Shown one piece after another: positions 10,384 to 20,602 of a stretch of 64,000 bases of DNA. Origin of the DNA: a virus. The notes under the pieces are model-generated. The model made no database searches, was not told where the DNA came from, and worked only from the letters and a program-made list of their open reading frames with translations. Location of the stretch: IMG/VR virus record IMGVR_UViG_3300029374_000001, positions 1 through 64,000 of that record; one strand, 5' to 3'. The translations under genes were made by a program, and so were the position numbers. How positions within the stretch are numbered: the stretch's first letter is position 1; every line of letters starts with the position of its first letter.

Positions 10384-10406
10384 GGGAGAGCCCTTATAGC
10401 TCTCCC
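10384..10406 (-). terminator. hairpin GGGAGAGC-n7-GCTCTCCC with a downstream T-rich tract in minus sense
   Basis: Perfect 8-bp inverted repeat immediately downstream of the stop of 10394..10633. Confidence 0.45.
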
Positions 10407-10633
10407 TTATGTTTTTCTAGTACGTTATAATAATTAATACACTCTATAGTGTCTAATAAATCGGCACGAAGGTTTCCTATATTTTCGTAAATCGCTTGAC
10501 GATCTTTTTCAATTTGTTCACGATTTTCATCAGTTATCTTAATTGCATTTATAAACTCAAGATGGTCTTTAAGACGATTTATATCTGCCCTTATCGCTTC
10601 GAAATCTTTATATAGTTCTTGTTTTGACTTCAT
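10394..10633 (-). CDS. hypothetical small coiled-coil protein
   Basis: 79-aa ORF. Confidence 0.45.
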   Translation of the reverse strand: MKSKQELYKDFEAIRADINRLKDHLEFINAIKITDENREQIEKDRQAIYENIGNLRADLLDTIECINYYNVLEKHKGEL

Positions 10634-10648
10634 TCTTTTATCTCCTTC

Positions 10649-10957
10649 TTAAACAATATCGTCCATATAAATAGAACAACTACGAAGATATTCCATACGC
10701 TCAATAATATTGCCTTGAATAGTATGAATCTCAACTACACGTCTCATATCTTTCAAATCATCATCAATGGAATGACGTAATTTATGATGATTACTATGCT
10801 GTACAATCATGTCTAACTCTTCATGTAACGCATCAAATTGAGTACGTAGTTCATTGAGTTCTGCTTTATATTTTGAATAAGCAATATGAGGTTTTTCATT
10901 TTCCTCATAATTCTTATAATGTATAGTAGCATTCAAATTTCCTGAATTCTTAATCAT
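10649..10957 (-). CDS. hypothetical protein
   Basis: 102-aa ORF. Confidence 0.45.
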   Translation of the reverse strand: MIKNSGNLNATIHYKNYEENEKPHIAYSKYKAELNELRTQFDALHEELDMIVQHSNHHKLRHSIDDDLKDMRRVVEIHTIQGNIIERMEYLRSCSIYMDDIV

Positions 10958-10975
10958 AGTTCTACTCCTCTATGG

Positions 10976-11374
10976 TTATTTCCCTTTCTTGCTATTACAA
11001 TAACAATAATTCCTAAATAGTTCAGTCAAATATACCATCCTTTTCAAATCACATACTGCTTCTAATATCTTTGTGTCTTTAGACCCCCAAATTCTGTCAC
11101 TATACAAAATATCGTTAATCTTATCCTCTATAATATTCAGATTATAATCGACTGTAAATATGTGAATAATTTCCATTCTATAAGATGCAGTATTATACCC
11201 ACTAATAAAAAGCAATGAATCAAGTGTAGTCTCTATTTGTTTACAATATGATGGAAAAAATGTAAATACTTCCGGAATATTTACCGTTACTTTATCATTA
11301 CATTGCTTCATATCAGAAACATAATTTGTTATCGCGTCTATAAATTCGCTATTAATTCTCATAACTCTATTCAT
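10976..11374 (-). CDS. hypothetical protein
   Basis: 132-aa ORF. Confidence 0.45.
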   Translation of the reverse strand: MNRVMRINSEFIDAITNYVSDMKQCNDKVTVNIPEVFTFFPSYCKQIETTLDSLLFISGYNTASYRMEIIHIFTVDYNLNIIEDKINDILYSDRIWGSKDTKILEAVCDLKRMVYLTELFRNYCYCNSKKGK

Positions 11375-11380
11375 TTTTTT

Positions 11381-11791
11381 TTAGTCCTCCTCTTCAATTT
11401 CTGCATTAATTTTGCAGCTATTAATGAACTCAATATAACTTCTTTTAATATGTATCATATGTGCTTTGATTCCATCATCCAAATCACTGAAATACTTATT
11501 AAATAACAAAGTGCCAATACTGTCCCACATCTTTTCAATTATATCTATATGTATTTGAGGATGATATACAAATCCTGGCATATTGCTTGTACCATCGAAA
11601 ATCATCGAGCTTTTCATAAATTCGACTTCACGACGAATATCATAGAAAGTGGTTCTACAATAAGTATTAAATACTCCTTTTTTCTGCAAATCGGTAATTA
11701 TTAAATTTATATATTTTTCAACATTATTAAAAAACCGAATAGCTTCTGCTCTGACATCATAGGAAAATTCAACCACGTTTCTTGGTTTCAT
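11381..11791 (-). CDS. hypothetical protein
   Basis: 136-aa ORF. Confidence 0.45.
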   Translation of the reverse strand: MKPRNVVEFSYDVRAEAIRFFNNVEKYINLIITDLQKKGVFNTYCRTTFYDIRREVEFMKSSMIFDGTSNMPGFVYHPQIHIDIIEKMWDSIGTLLFNKYFSDLDDGIKAHMIHIKRSYIEFINSCKINAEIEEED

Positions 11792-11792
11792 T

Positions 11793-12278
11793 TTATTTTA
11801 CTTCCTTAAAAACAACCTTATTCACGTCATTACTAAATTGAATGCGAAGAGCTTTATCTTTATGGCCACCTCTTTTCTTTTTACTCTCCTTTCTAATTTC
11901 AAAACTGGGATCATTCCACATACAATAGTAATAATTTTCAATCTTACGTATAAATACGAAAATCTCATTAATAGCATCGATAGTAAATTTTAAAGATCGA
12001 TCATTATCGGCCAACATATCAGCGTCTGCTATAAGATACCCCATTGGCGTTTTGATTTTATCCATCGTTTCGACAAATACTCTACTATGAATATATTTAC
12101 TATTACATAGTATCGATAGCTGATATAAATAAGATTTGATTTCTTTACAATTTCGATATACTCTTACATATTTTATTGGATTGATCATTATATAAGACAG
12201 TTTCTTGTTAATATTATTCATATGAGAATTAAAATATTTTCTAAAACTTTTATTAATTTTTACAATATTTGATTTCAT
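11793..12278 (-). CDS. hypothetical protein
   Basis: 161-aa ORF. Confidence 0.45.
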   Translation of the reverse strand: MKSNIVKINKSFRKYFNSHMNNINKKLSYIMINPIKYVRVYRNCKEIKSYLYQLSILCNSKYIHSRVFVETMDKIKTPMGYLIADADMLADNDRSLKFTIDAINEIFVFIRKIENYYYCMWNDPSFEIRKESKKKRGGHKDKALRIQFSNDVNKVVFKEVK

Positions 12279-12303
12279 AATATCTACTCCTTTTAAGTAT
12301 ACC

Positions 12304-12322
12304 CTCTGGTATCATAGAAAAT
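12304..12322 (-). promoter_or_regulatory. conserved 19-mer CTCTGGTATCATAGAAAAT (gene sense TTTTCTATGATACCAGAG), about 37 nt upstream of the ATG of 11793..12278. Candidate phage-RNAP promoter.
   Basis: Identical 19-mer at 28264..28282 in the same position relative to a start codon. Variants at 17571..17590, 29296..29310, 33892..33913 and 40288..40310. Confidence 0.4.
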
Positions 12323-12387
12323 ATATCAACAAATTTACTTCATCTTTATAATATATAATTTTAAAATATTTAGATTACAAAAGATAC

Positions 12388-12413
12388 CCAGAAGCTCATA
12401 TGAGCTTCTGGGA
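12388..12413 (-). terminator. hairpin CCCAGAAGCTCatatGAGCTTCTGGG followed in minus sense by tatcttttgtaatc
   Basis: 11-bp perfect inverted repeat downstream of the 12426..14786 gene. Confidence 0.55.
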
Positions 12414-12425
12414 TTTATATTACAT

Positions 12426-14786
12426 TTACATACCACCTTCATCAGAAGATGCGTGCTGAGATAAAGCAATTCGAGAATTATCCAAAATACGTTTAATCTT
12501 ATCCTGTGGGAAGAGCGAACCAACCATATCCATCTTTAATTGCCTGGTAAACTCTGTTAACAAGTTAGGATCATTCTGTTCACTTACATAAGCGGATGCT
12601 ATGGCAGTAGCCATTGAGTTAACTGCATCTACAATCTGTCCGGTATTAACTGCATTCAGATAAATCGGAGGAGGTAATAATACTTCCAACTCATCTACAT
12701 TATCTGTATCCATATTGAATTCATAATTGTAGATCTTAGTTACAATACGACTAAATATCTTCTGTGTAATGCCTTGTCTATTGTTGATCTTCTGTAAGAA
12801 CTTGGTATTAGTCATAGTCAGATGGGTTGCATAGTCTACCTGTTGCCTGGCATTGACCACTTCAAATGGAACATCGGTAGCATTAACAGCCATCTCTTCC
12901 AGCATATTCATCAATTCTGTTTTGATTTCTGTTTGCTGTCCAGGAATGACTTCAAAATCTACTGGAGAATCTCCAGATGCAGATCTTGGAATAACGATAT
13001 CATTAAAACGTCCGATCATATTCAGTACGTTAGACATAGATTCTATCTGTCTGATACCGAAATTAGAACGTTGAATTTGATTGATAACGTTCATCAGTGT
13101 TCCGGCGATATTTGTATCTACTGTTTGTCTTACATAGTATACTCTTTTATCAAATCCTCTAGTAATAGACTGTAATGTGTTAGAGATATACAAGGAAGAA
13201 AATAGTTTAGCTGGGAATAAAGATCTAAATAAGCCAGATATACCACGTTTAGTTTCTTTATCAAATTCAAAATAGCAATGTTCAATATCTTCTGGAGGAA
13301 TAAAGCTAACTGTAATCTTAGCTATCTTACCAGTAGCATCTACAGAAGCATTGTATTTCAGAATAGAATATATTTCTTTAGAAAGATCTTGGTTGGTATT
13401 GACAAACTTAGCATCAATCTTCTTAGAAATTGCATCAGCAATATTTTTAATAGCTGTATATTCAGAAGACGCATTTCTGTGGAAATCATACGTTCCTTTA
13501 TATGCGCCACTTGGACGTATACCGCCTATAGTAGAAGAATATGTGGTTTGTTCTAAGGCCATCTTTTTATCGCATTCTATATAGAAGTATCCTAAACAAA
13601 TATTGTCTATATACAATGGCTTAACCATTTCATGATCTAAAACTTTGACTACACATCCTGGAATCTTTATCTTACCAATTTTATTGGTATTGGGTTGATT
13701 GATATCATTAGTCAGAGTAACTCCATTGGCTGCCATAGAATTTCTATCATTTGTAGCTTTGGTGTACTCATTTGTGCCTTTATCTATAGTGCCGGAGATA
13801 TTACTGTCTGCTTTTTCATTAAAAAATAAAGAACCGTTTTCATTGAAGACTTTATATGTCTTCATACGATCTAAGATAGCGGATTTGATAATACGGCTGG
13901 TATTGAATTCAATCTTCAAATCGCCACATGCTTCTTTGATCAGTTGATTATTCAGATCAGCAGCCTTCTGTTCTGCTCTATTTCTTTCAGACATATTATC
14001 TACAGGCATAGTGGCTTCTTGAATGATATCAGAAATATCTATTTCAGAAGTTCTGTCTTTTACATAATCATTGACTGCTGATTCTATAAAAGCTTCCTGT
14101 GCAACATGTCCTGCCACATCAGCATTCGTATTACCCATTCCGTTGTATTGAGCTCTTATTAATGTCTCTATCGCTCTCTTATACGGGACTATGTATACAA
14201 ACGCCTCTCCGTATTTATCAGCAGGCCTATACACATCTTCATCCAGCAGTTTAGAGAGGTCATATTTCTCTTTTAACGTCTTGATATTGTTTGCAATACT
14301 AGAATCATCTGATGAATTCTGTGTTACAGATCGAATAACAATAGATTCTTTATTGAAATGATCAGCAGATAATACATGCTCTCTACGAGTGTCTAATGCA
14401 TCTTGTAATTTAGGCATGTATTTACAAACCATATCAATTTCTCTGTCTATATCTCTAACCAATGTATTCTGCGTATAGATAGCCAATACATTGTTCATAT
14501 TGTTTCTATCAGATAACGATTGGTTAATATTATTCAGTAAATCATAATTATTTCCACCATTAGAAGGATTGATATTATATGCCTTCTGATATAGAATGGA
14601 TATATTAGATTCCCCAGTATTTGCTATATTGTTATTAGATATTTTCTCTATGGCTGAATTGACTCTATCTTTAAGAGAACGTATCTGTTGGGAAGATACA
14701 TTATCATTATAGTACACGTCAGAGTATAATACATCCCTTGAGTCTTTCACTTTTTTCTCAAGTGAAGACATTCTTTCATCTGCCAT
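12426..14786 (-). CDS. hypothetical large protein (786 aa), possibly structural
   Basis: Long uninterrupted ORF. No RNAP beta-prime NADFDGD motif or other catalytic motif recognised. Confidence 0.55.
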   Translation of the reverse strand: MADERMSSLEKKVKDSRDVLYSDVYYNDNVSSQQIRSLKDRVNSAIEKISNNNIANTGESNISILYQKAYNINPSNGGNNYDLLNNINQSLSDRNNMNNVLAIYTQNTLVRDIDREIDMVCKYMPKLQDALDTRREHVLSADHFNKESIVIRSVTQNSSDDSSIANNIKTLKEKYDLSKLLDEDVYRPADKYGEAFVYIVPYKRAIETLIRAQYNGMGNTNADVAGHVAQEAFIESAVNDYVKDRTSEIDISDIIQEATMPVDNMSERNRAEQKAADLNNQLIKEACGDLKIEFNTSRIIKSAILDRMKTYKVFNENGSLFFNEKADSNISGTIDKGTNEYTKATNDRNSMAANGVTLTNDINQPNTNKIGKIKIPGCVVKVLDHEMVKPLYIDNICLGYFYIECDKKMALEQTTYSSTIGGIRPSGAYKGTYDFHRNASSEYTAIKNIADAISKKIDAKFVNTNQDLSKEIYSILKYNASVDATGKIAKITVSFIPPEDIEHCYFEFDKETKRGISGLFRSLFPAKLFSSLYISNTLQSITRGFDKRVYYVRQTVDTNIAGTLMNVINQIQRSNFGIRQIESMSNVLNMIGRFNDIVIPRSASGDSPVDFEVIPGQQTEIKTELMNMLEEMAVNATDVPFEVVNARQQVDYATHLTMTNTKFLQKINNRQGITQKIFSRIVTKIYNYEFNMDTDNVDELEVLLPPPIYLNAVNTGQIVDAVNSMATAIASAYVSEQNDPNLLTEFTRQLKMDMVGSLFPQDKIKRILDNSRIALSQHASSDEGGM

Positions 14787-14863
14787 TATATCACTCCTTC
14801 AAAAAATAAAATATAGTTCCAGTTCTTACTCAAATGTTTACAGAGTAAGAACTGGATTATTTA

Positions 14864-15550
14864 TCATAGTCTTAAGATACGATATATATTGAAGAGATCA
14901 TCTTTCTTCTTATGAATGATGATATTGATCAGATAATTTCTATATCTGTCTTCATAGATATCCATATCTACTACTTCTGATTTCTTAGCATTAATAAACG
15001 TAGGAGCAATAAACAGCAACCTTTGATCATAATAGATATGCTGTATTCCATCGGTTGCTTTAGCAGACAATGCTCGATTAAATTCTAAGATAGATTTTAT
15101 ATCTTTATACTCTGCTATTTTCTTAGAATGAGAAATCTCATTCATAATAGACTTATATAATTTAATATAATCTTTAAAATCATAACAGAGTCTGTATTCA
15201 TCTTTACACCACATATTTAACAGCTGGTCGTTTATGCCATTATACTTTGTCTTAGTTGCATAAATCTCATAGGGTTCAAACTTGCTAGTATAAGAAAACT
15301 TCTCTAAAGCAATCAGATCTTTGTTCATGATAGCTATATTTGGAAAGTCTTCTGATAGCTCAATCTTTACAGGTTCTTTGAATGTTTTCAGAATATTAGC
15401 ATCTACAAAACTTTGTGCAAATCCAATCACAGTTTTTGTAATTTGAGAATAAACCACAACGTTGGCTTTCATCTCTTTACCTATATTGATTAACTTGAGT
15501 ATATCTTCTGGAGATACTTTATATTTAATAATAGACGGAATATCATCCAT
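14864..15550 (-). CDS. hypothetical protein (228 aa) directly downstream of DNA polymerase part 1
   Basis: ORF. The size and position are compatible with a T4 gp45-like sliding clamp, but no sequence evidence supports that. Confidence 0.45.
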   Translation of the reverse strand: MDDIPSIIKYKVSPEDILKLINIGKEMKANVVVYSQITKTVIGFAQSFVDANILKTFKEPVKIELSEDFPNIAIMNKDLIALEKFSYTSKFEPYEIYATKTKYNGINDQLLNMWCKDEYRLCYDFKDYIKLYKSIMNEISHSKKIAEYKDIKSILEFNRALSAKATDGIQHIYYDQRLLFIAPTFINAKKSEVVDMDIYEDRYRNYLINIIIHKKKDDLFNIYRILRL

Positions 15551-15552
15551 AA

Positions 15553-17538
15553 TTATACAAGTCTCCTTTTAAACTTAATATCCAATTCATTCTTTTGTTC
15601 TTCTGACAAATTAGAGTGATCCAAAACAACCATACCATCAATACCATAATTTGTTTCATCAATTCTCATAGCATTGGTCAATGGTTTTTGATTATTGGTA
15701 TTATATTGTGGATCATAAGGTAAGATTTCATTCTTAACTGGATAGAATGGAATCTCTATAGTATTGAAATATTCTAAGATATCTCCATACATCTCTTTGA
15801 AATTAGCCAAATGAAACCATCTATGCATACATTCCAATGGATTGTCTGAAGTCAAATCTTCTATGAATTGACCAGATCTGGTATACATTGGGTTATTGAT
15901 TGCATTTTCGTTTTCATAAATTGTACTTGGAATCTGAATATATCCAATCAATGTATTCGGAGCCATATTATATTCTTGCTGAATAGATGGATACAGTCTT
16001 GTAAAGTCAAAATCAACTGCATTGGATGCTCTCATAATAGGTCTACCATTGATATTATCTTTAATAGAGTCTGCCACCTTAGTTGGTTCTGCTACAAAAG
16101 CTCCTTCATAGGATTTGACATTGCTATGGTCTTTGTACTTGTTGTTATTATTTCCCAATACAAAGTCTCCAAAACCTTTAAACATAATAGAGGCTCGATT
16201 GGTTAAATAGACTGTCTGTCTATGAACTTTTCTATACTGTGTTCCATTTAATAATGCTTTATTAAAGATATACGGAATATCTTCAGATTTGAACTCTATA
16301 CAATACTGTACGATAACGTCCATCATATTATATTTAACAAACGTTCGATAATCGTTATAAGGTAAGTCTTGGATATTGACCGCAATATCATGATAATCCA
16401 ATTTTCTGACACCAGCTACTTCATCTCCTATAGAATCCAAACTATACGATCTGAATTTAGCTCTGCCTTTACGTCTGGAAGCAAACTGAATCAATTGGTC
16501 TAAATATACTGAATAGGAAGTAATGTCTGCATAATCTCCCTTTTCAGCAAATTCCGTAGCAACAGCTCTTTGATCGATATTATAGTTACAACGCTTATAT
16601 TTTGCTGGAATATTCTGAGGACAAATGATTTCTTTTGGATCCACTCCCAGTCTTTTAATTCTATCAATAATAAATGGAATATCGAATGCCATGTTCCATG
16701 CCAAGACAAAATCCGGTTGTTCATGATTAATATATCCAAATAAATCATTCAGCATAACCAATTCATCATCATACATTAGGACTCTTGTTTTCAGATTCTG
16801 TAATTGGTAATACTCAACCTTATCTTGCCCACCCAAAGTATCGGTTAAAAGCTTCATAAATTCTTGATTAAACGAATCGTTATCAAACGAGTCTATAAAT
16901 GGTTGAATCAATGGATTAATATCTGATTGATTCAATAAGAATGTGGTTAATTCTTTTTTATCATGATCCAAATAAGATACTGCATTGATTGGACAGTTGC
17001 CATCTGTTGGAAATGGTGTATCCGATAACTTATTATCAACTTCGATATCCAGATAAGCTCTTGTAATAGGAGTCTCCGTGTTCTTATATTGCTCAGCAAA
17101 TCTCATTCTATAGAAATCTGTAATAGGAATATCAGATTCAAATACTCTTGTGTTTTGCTGGAAATATGCATTGGTCGCTCTGCGGTCTATTTTAATCTGC
17201 TTATTATAATAATCCAATTCTCCTATCGATTGTGCAATAGATTTAGTTAAGCTATTATATTTACATATCACTTGTTTTAGATGATCTTTAGTTTCAAAGA
17301 ACTTTCTATAGCTCGGGGTTTCTACTTCATCTTTTAACACATAATAAAAATATTCGGGTTCTTCGATAAAGGTAATTCCTTTTTGCTTGGTTATATTGTC
17401 TTTATATAAAATCGTCATAAAATCTTTGGAGTAAGATCCTGTCTCTTCATCTCGTCTTCCATATCTATATACAGTATCCATAACAACTAAATCAGAGCCT
17501 AATGGATACTTTGGAATTAATTTAGGAAAATTTGACAT
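15553..17538 (-). CDS. family-B DNA polymerase, part 1 (3'-5' exonuclease domain plus palm motif A)
   Basis: Exo I AYLDIEVD. Exo II LAWNMAFDIPFIIDRI. Exo III YNMMDVIVQY. YEGAFVAEP corresponds to YxGGxVxEP. Motif A is AVDFDFTRLYPSIQQ. The protein ends about 130 aa after motif A. Motifs B and C are absent here and found in 34749..37352. Confidence 0.85.
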   Translation of the reverse strand: MSNFPKLIPKYPLGSDLVVMDTVYRYGRRDEETGSYSKDFMTILYKDNITKQKGITFIEEPEYFYYVLKDEVETPSYRKFFETKDHLKQVICKYNSLTKSIAQSIGELDYYNKQIKIDRRATNAYFQQNTRVFESDIPITDFYRMRFAEQYKNTETPITRAYLDIEVDNKLSDTPFPTDGNCPINAVSYLDHDKKELTTFLLNQSDINPLIQPFIDSFDNDSFNQEFMKLLTDTLGGQDKVEYYQLQNLKTRVLMYDDELVMLNDLFGYINHEQPDFVLAWNMAFDIPFIIDRIKRLGVDPKEIICPQNIPAKYKRCNYNIDQRAVATEFAEKGDYADITSYSVYLDQLIQFASRRKGRAKFRSYSLDSIGDEVAGVRKLDYHDIAVNIQDLPYNDYRTFVKYNMMDVIVQYCIEFKSEDIPYIFNKALLNGTQYRKVHRQTVYLTNRASIMFKGFGDFVLGNNNNKYKDHSNVKSYEGAFVAEPTKVADSIKDNINGRPIMRASNAVDFDFTRLYPSIQQEYNMAPNTLIGYIQIPSTIYENENAINNPMYTRSGQFIEDLTSDNPLECMHRWFHLANFKEMYGDILEYFNTIEIPFYPVKNEILPYDPQYNTNNQKPLTNAMRIDETNYGIDGMVVLDHSNLSEEQKNELDIKFKRRLV

Positions 17539-17644
17539 ACTATTCTAAACTCCTTTCAAATGTTATTACATTGTATCATATAGATTTATTTGCTATATTC
17601 TCAACACATCAGTAATTTGAACTATATTGAAGGAGGAATTACCC

Positions 17645-18553
17645 GTGGATAAAAACGAAGACCTTATGGACTTCGGGCAATCTTTGTTCGAAGTAGATAC
17701 CCAGTCTGCCACTGTCCCCGTAGAAGTTGAAGACAAACCAAAACGAGGCAGACCTAAAAAGAAGCCAGTAGAAGAAGGACCTTCTGTACGTAATAGAAGT
17801 CCATTAAATTCTGACATGACTTATTTAGAAACATATAATGCACCCGCTCAAATGATGGCTGGTGTTATTGCACAAATAGATGATCTTGGCAACAAAATTA
17901 CAGCAGATCTGAATAGTGTGCGTTCTTCTCGTACACTTAAGAATAAATACTTATATATCTCCAATCTCTCCGGCGCTTTAACCGGTATTATGTCCAGCAA
18001 GATTAGTGCTATCAGAGAACTTAGAGGTATGGTAACTGATTCTAATAATTTTGAATTGAAAAAGCAGAATCAGCTTAAAATTGACGAAAGAGATTCTGAT
18101 GATAAGATTGTCATGGATATGTACAATGCTTATCTGAATGCTCCTGTTGGCAAATTACAGACTGGTCCTATGAGTCCTGTATCGGCTGGTTATATCAACA
18201 GTAATACAGATGGCGTAAATATTACTCATAATGACAATGGAGCCTATGCTATGTCTTCTGAACCTGGATACGATGCTTACTTACAGAATCTAAGTCCAGA
18301 ACAGAAAGCAATGGTCAATGAAAAGAATCCATATATTGAAACTGTTTTGGTTTACAATCAATCCGACCAATCAAAATGGTTTGAAGTTATTGATACTAGA
18401 ACAGGTATGCAAGTTCCTGGTATTCCTGTACCGCCCGATTTTGTCAGAGACGGATGCAATGTCAATATTAGAGCTGGTATAGCTCGTAATGCCAATTTAA
18501 ATCAAACTTTTAAATTAAAAGTTGTTGGTGTAGGACAGTCTGATGAATTCTAA
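17645..18553 (+). CDS. hypothetical protein with an AT-hook (KRGRPKKKP)
   Basis: The ORF track starts at a TTG at 17627. A GTG at 17645 has AAGGAGG 8 nt upstream and is the more plausible start. Confidence 0.5.
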   Translation: MDKNEDLMDFGQSLFEVDTQSATVPVEVEDKPKRGRPKKKPVEEGPSVRNRSPLNSDMTYLETYNAPAQMMAGVIAQIDDLGNKITADLNSVRSSRTLKNKYLYISNLSGALTGIMSSKISAIRELRGMVTDSNNFELKKQNQLKIDERDSDDKIVMDMYNAYLNAPVGKLQTGPMSPVSAGYINSNTDGVNITHNDNGAYAMSSEPGYDAYLQNLSPEQKAMVNEKNPYIETVLVYNQSDQSKWFEVIDTRTGMQVPGIPVPPDFVRDGCNVNIRAGIARNANLNQTFKLKVVGVGQSDEF

Positions 18554-18592
18554 TTCATCAATATAATATATAACAAAAAATAAATTTATGGA

Positions 18593-18626
18593 AATATTCT
18601 ATACTCTATATAGAGTATAGAATATT
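18593..18626. repeat. 34-bp perfect palindrome AATATTCTATACTCTATA|TAGAGTATAGAATATT inside a 745-bp ORF-free region
   Basis: Read directly. No ORF on either strand between 18554 and 19298. Confidence 0.7.
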
Positions 18627-19298
18627 ATCCTATGGTATACATCATAGTAAGAGAAGTATTGACCGATTTATCCTATTTGATATATAAACTATCTCTCTGG
18701 AAGGTTAATCAAACTTTTATCCTATTAAATAGGTTATGATCAATTTAAATATGAGCTGGATGAGAGCATCATATTTATGGATGAATTTTATAAATTTTTC
18801 CATAAAACACACCGCCCTTCCTGGACGCACGTATTCAATACTTCTCTTTGGTTATGAAAGACATCAGATGGTATCTCTGTTTATATAGTCCATATACAGT
18901 GCTACCTATCATAAATCGCCTCGAATTCGTTTTCTCCCTTATGTATTATAGATACAATACAATCAATTTACACAAAAGCTCTATAAGAACTTTGTACTTA
19001 TCGATCGTTTTAAGGAATTTGGACAACATGATTTAATTATCCTTTCCAGGCTTGATATTTCTGATGTCTTTCACATTTCTATAATATATCTTTTAAAATA
19101 TATTAGATTACAAATTGTATTAAAAATAAAATTTATATAAAACATTATAGTAGAAATGAAAAGTTAATGAATCTCCCAATGCCAACTCATTAACCGCAGA
19201 TTTCTAAATTTATTTACTTCCCATGATATAAATGATCTCTACCTGTATTGGGTAGAGATCATTTATATTGACACTTTATTAAATGGAGGTATATAACG

Positions 19299-20408
19299 AT
19301 GATTATACAAGAATCTATGGTTTATAAGAAACCAGCAACAATAGCCAAAATAGAAGCTGCCATTAAGAAATTCAAAGATAAATATGATGAAACTAAAGTC
19401 AATACATTAGAAGGATTACAGCGACTGGATAATGATTCAAAGTTTAAAAACCAATATCGCAAAGATATTCGAGCTTTAGGAAAAGTTATTATCAATAATA
19501 TAGAAAAAGAGTTTAATTTACAGATTAGATTTAATTTCCAATATAGTCCTACTGTCAATATGTGGACAACTTTTCAAATCATGGATACAAATAAAGTTAA
19601 TATTGATAACTTTGATAGTATTGTTAAGACGTCTAAGGACGGGCGCATTAAATTTACTAAGTTAGGAATTATGGAATGTGATATCATATTTACTGCTGGA
19701 ATGGTAAACAATAAACTCTTTAGTGCAAAAGAGATTACGGCCGCTTTGTTACATGAAGTAGGTCATGTCTTTGCCTATCCATTTATCAAGTTAGCATATT
19801 CCATTAAAGCATTAGAGACGTTTGTAGATATAGAATCTATTCGAGATGCTAAAGAAAAGTACAATGCTCGTAATGGGTTTATTAAATTCTTAACCAGATT
19901 CTATGGACAATATAAGTTAAGCGATAGCATCATAGATGATTTTAATAAAGAACATGAAAAATTTGCAGATCACTTTTCTGCTCATTATGGCTATGCCGAT
20001 GAATTATCTGGTGCACTGATTAATATAGATAAAGCTGTAGGAAATATAAAAAAGAAAGATGAACAATCTTCTGAATTCCATAAACTCTTCAGAGATATCG
20101 GAAATTTGATTTTATATGGATTATTTCATAATACTAGATATCCTGACTTAGAAGAACGTATTACTTATACAACCAAAGAACTAAGAAAAGAAATTATGGA
20201 GAATGATAAATTATCTGATAAAGATAAGAAAGCGTTACAAGCTAAGTTAAACCGTATTGATGATAAGATGAATAAATTATATGGTAAAAAGAGTGGAGAC
20301 TCATATTATACCAGATATAGAAATGAAAAATACATGAAGAATTATCAAACTGGCTTAGACTTAGACAATCCAATTCATAAAACATTCGATGACTTTACTG
20401 GGAAGTAA
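19299..20408 (+). CDS. putative zinc metallopeptidase (HExxH: ALLHEVGHVF)
   Basis: 369-aa ORF with strong GGAGG RBS. HEVGH motif followed by a downstream E/D. Family not determinable by eye. Confidence 0.5.
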   Translation: MIIQESMVYKKPATIAKIEAAIKKFKDKYDETKVNTLEGLQRLDNDSKFKNQYRKDIRALGKVIINNIEKEFNLQIRFNFQYSPTVNMWTTFQIMDTNKVNIDNFDSIVKTSKDGRIKFTKLGIMECDIIFTAGMVNNKLFSAKEITAALLHEVGHVFAYPFIKLAYSIKALETFVDIESIRDAKEKYNARNGFIKFLTRFYGQYKLSDSIIDDFNKEHEKFADHFSAHYGYADELSGALINIDKAVGNIKKKDEQSSEFHKLFRDIGNLILYGLFHNTRYPDLEERITYTTKELRKEIMENDKLSDKDKKALQAKLNRIDDKMNKLYGKKSGDSYYTRYRNEKYMKNYQTGLDLDNPIHKTFDDFTGK

Positions 20409-20564
20409 TCTGAACATCATATTGATACATAGGGCGAAACTATGTATCTCATATAAAAGATATATTATTAATGCGGGCTTTTAATATATCTGATTCTTAC
20501 TCCATGCTTTCTCATTGCTCACATTGCCGTCTGGGCCTTGAGTAAAGTCCTCCTAAAATATAAT

Positions 20565-20592
20565 ATACCAAGAGTCATATGACTCTTGGTAT
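20565..20592. terminator. bidirectional terminator ATACCAAGAGTCatatGACTCTTGGTAT between convergent genes
   Basis: 12-bp perfect stem with AT-rich flanks on both sides. Confidence 0.6.
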
Positions 20593-20602
20593 ATTATATT
20601 GC

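Noticed and set aside
12822-13947. Several 70-120-aa plus-strand ORFs inside the 786-aa minus-strand gene, and analogous antisense ORFs inside the RNAP, ligase, topoisomerase, adhesin and giant-repeat genes
   Set aside because: Antisense ORFs in an AT-rich genome, where stop codons are rare in some frames. No RBS, and they overlap long motif-bearing genes.
12426-14786. 786-aa protein as the missing RNAP beta-prime N-terminal half or a GyrB-like subunit
   Set aside because: No NADFDGD, zinc-finger or GHKL ATPase motifs. Left as hypothetical.
18554-19298. tRNA gene in the long non-coding region
   Set aside because: No GTTCGAATC or GTTCAAATC T-loop-like element or cloverleaf could be traced by eye. 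Needs tRNAscan-SE.
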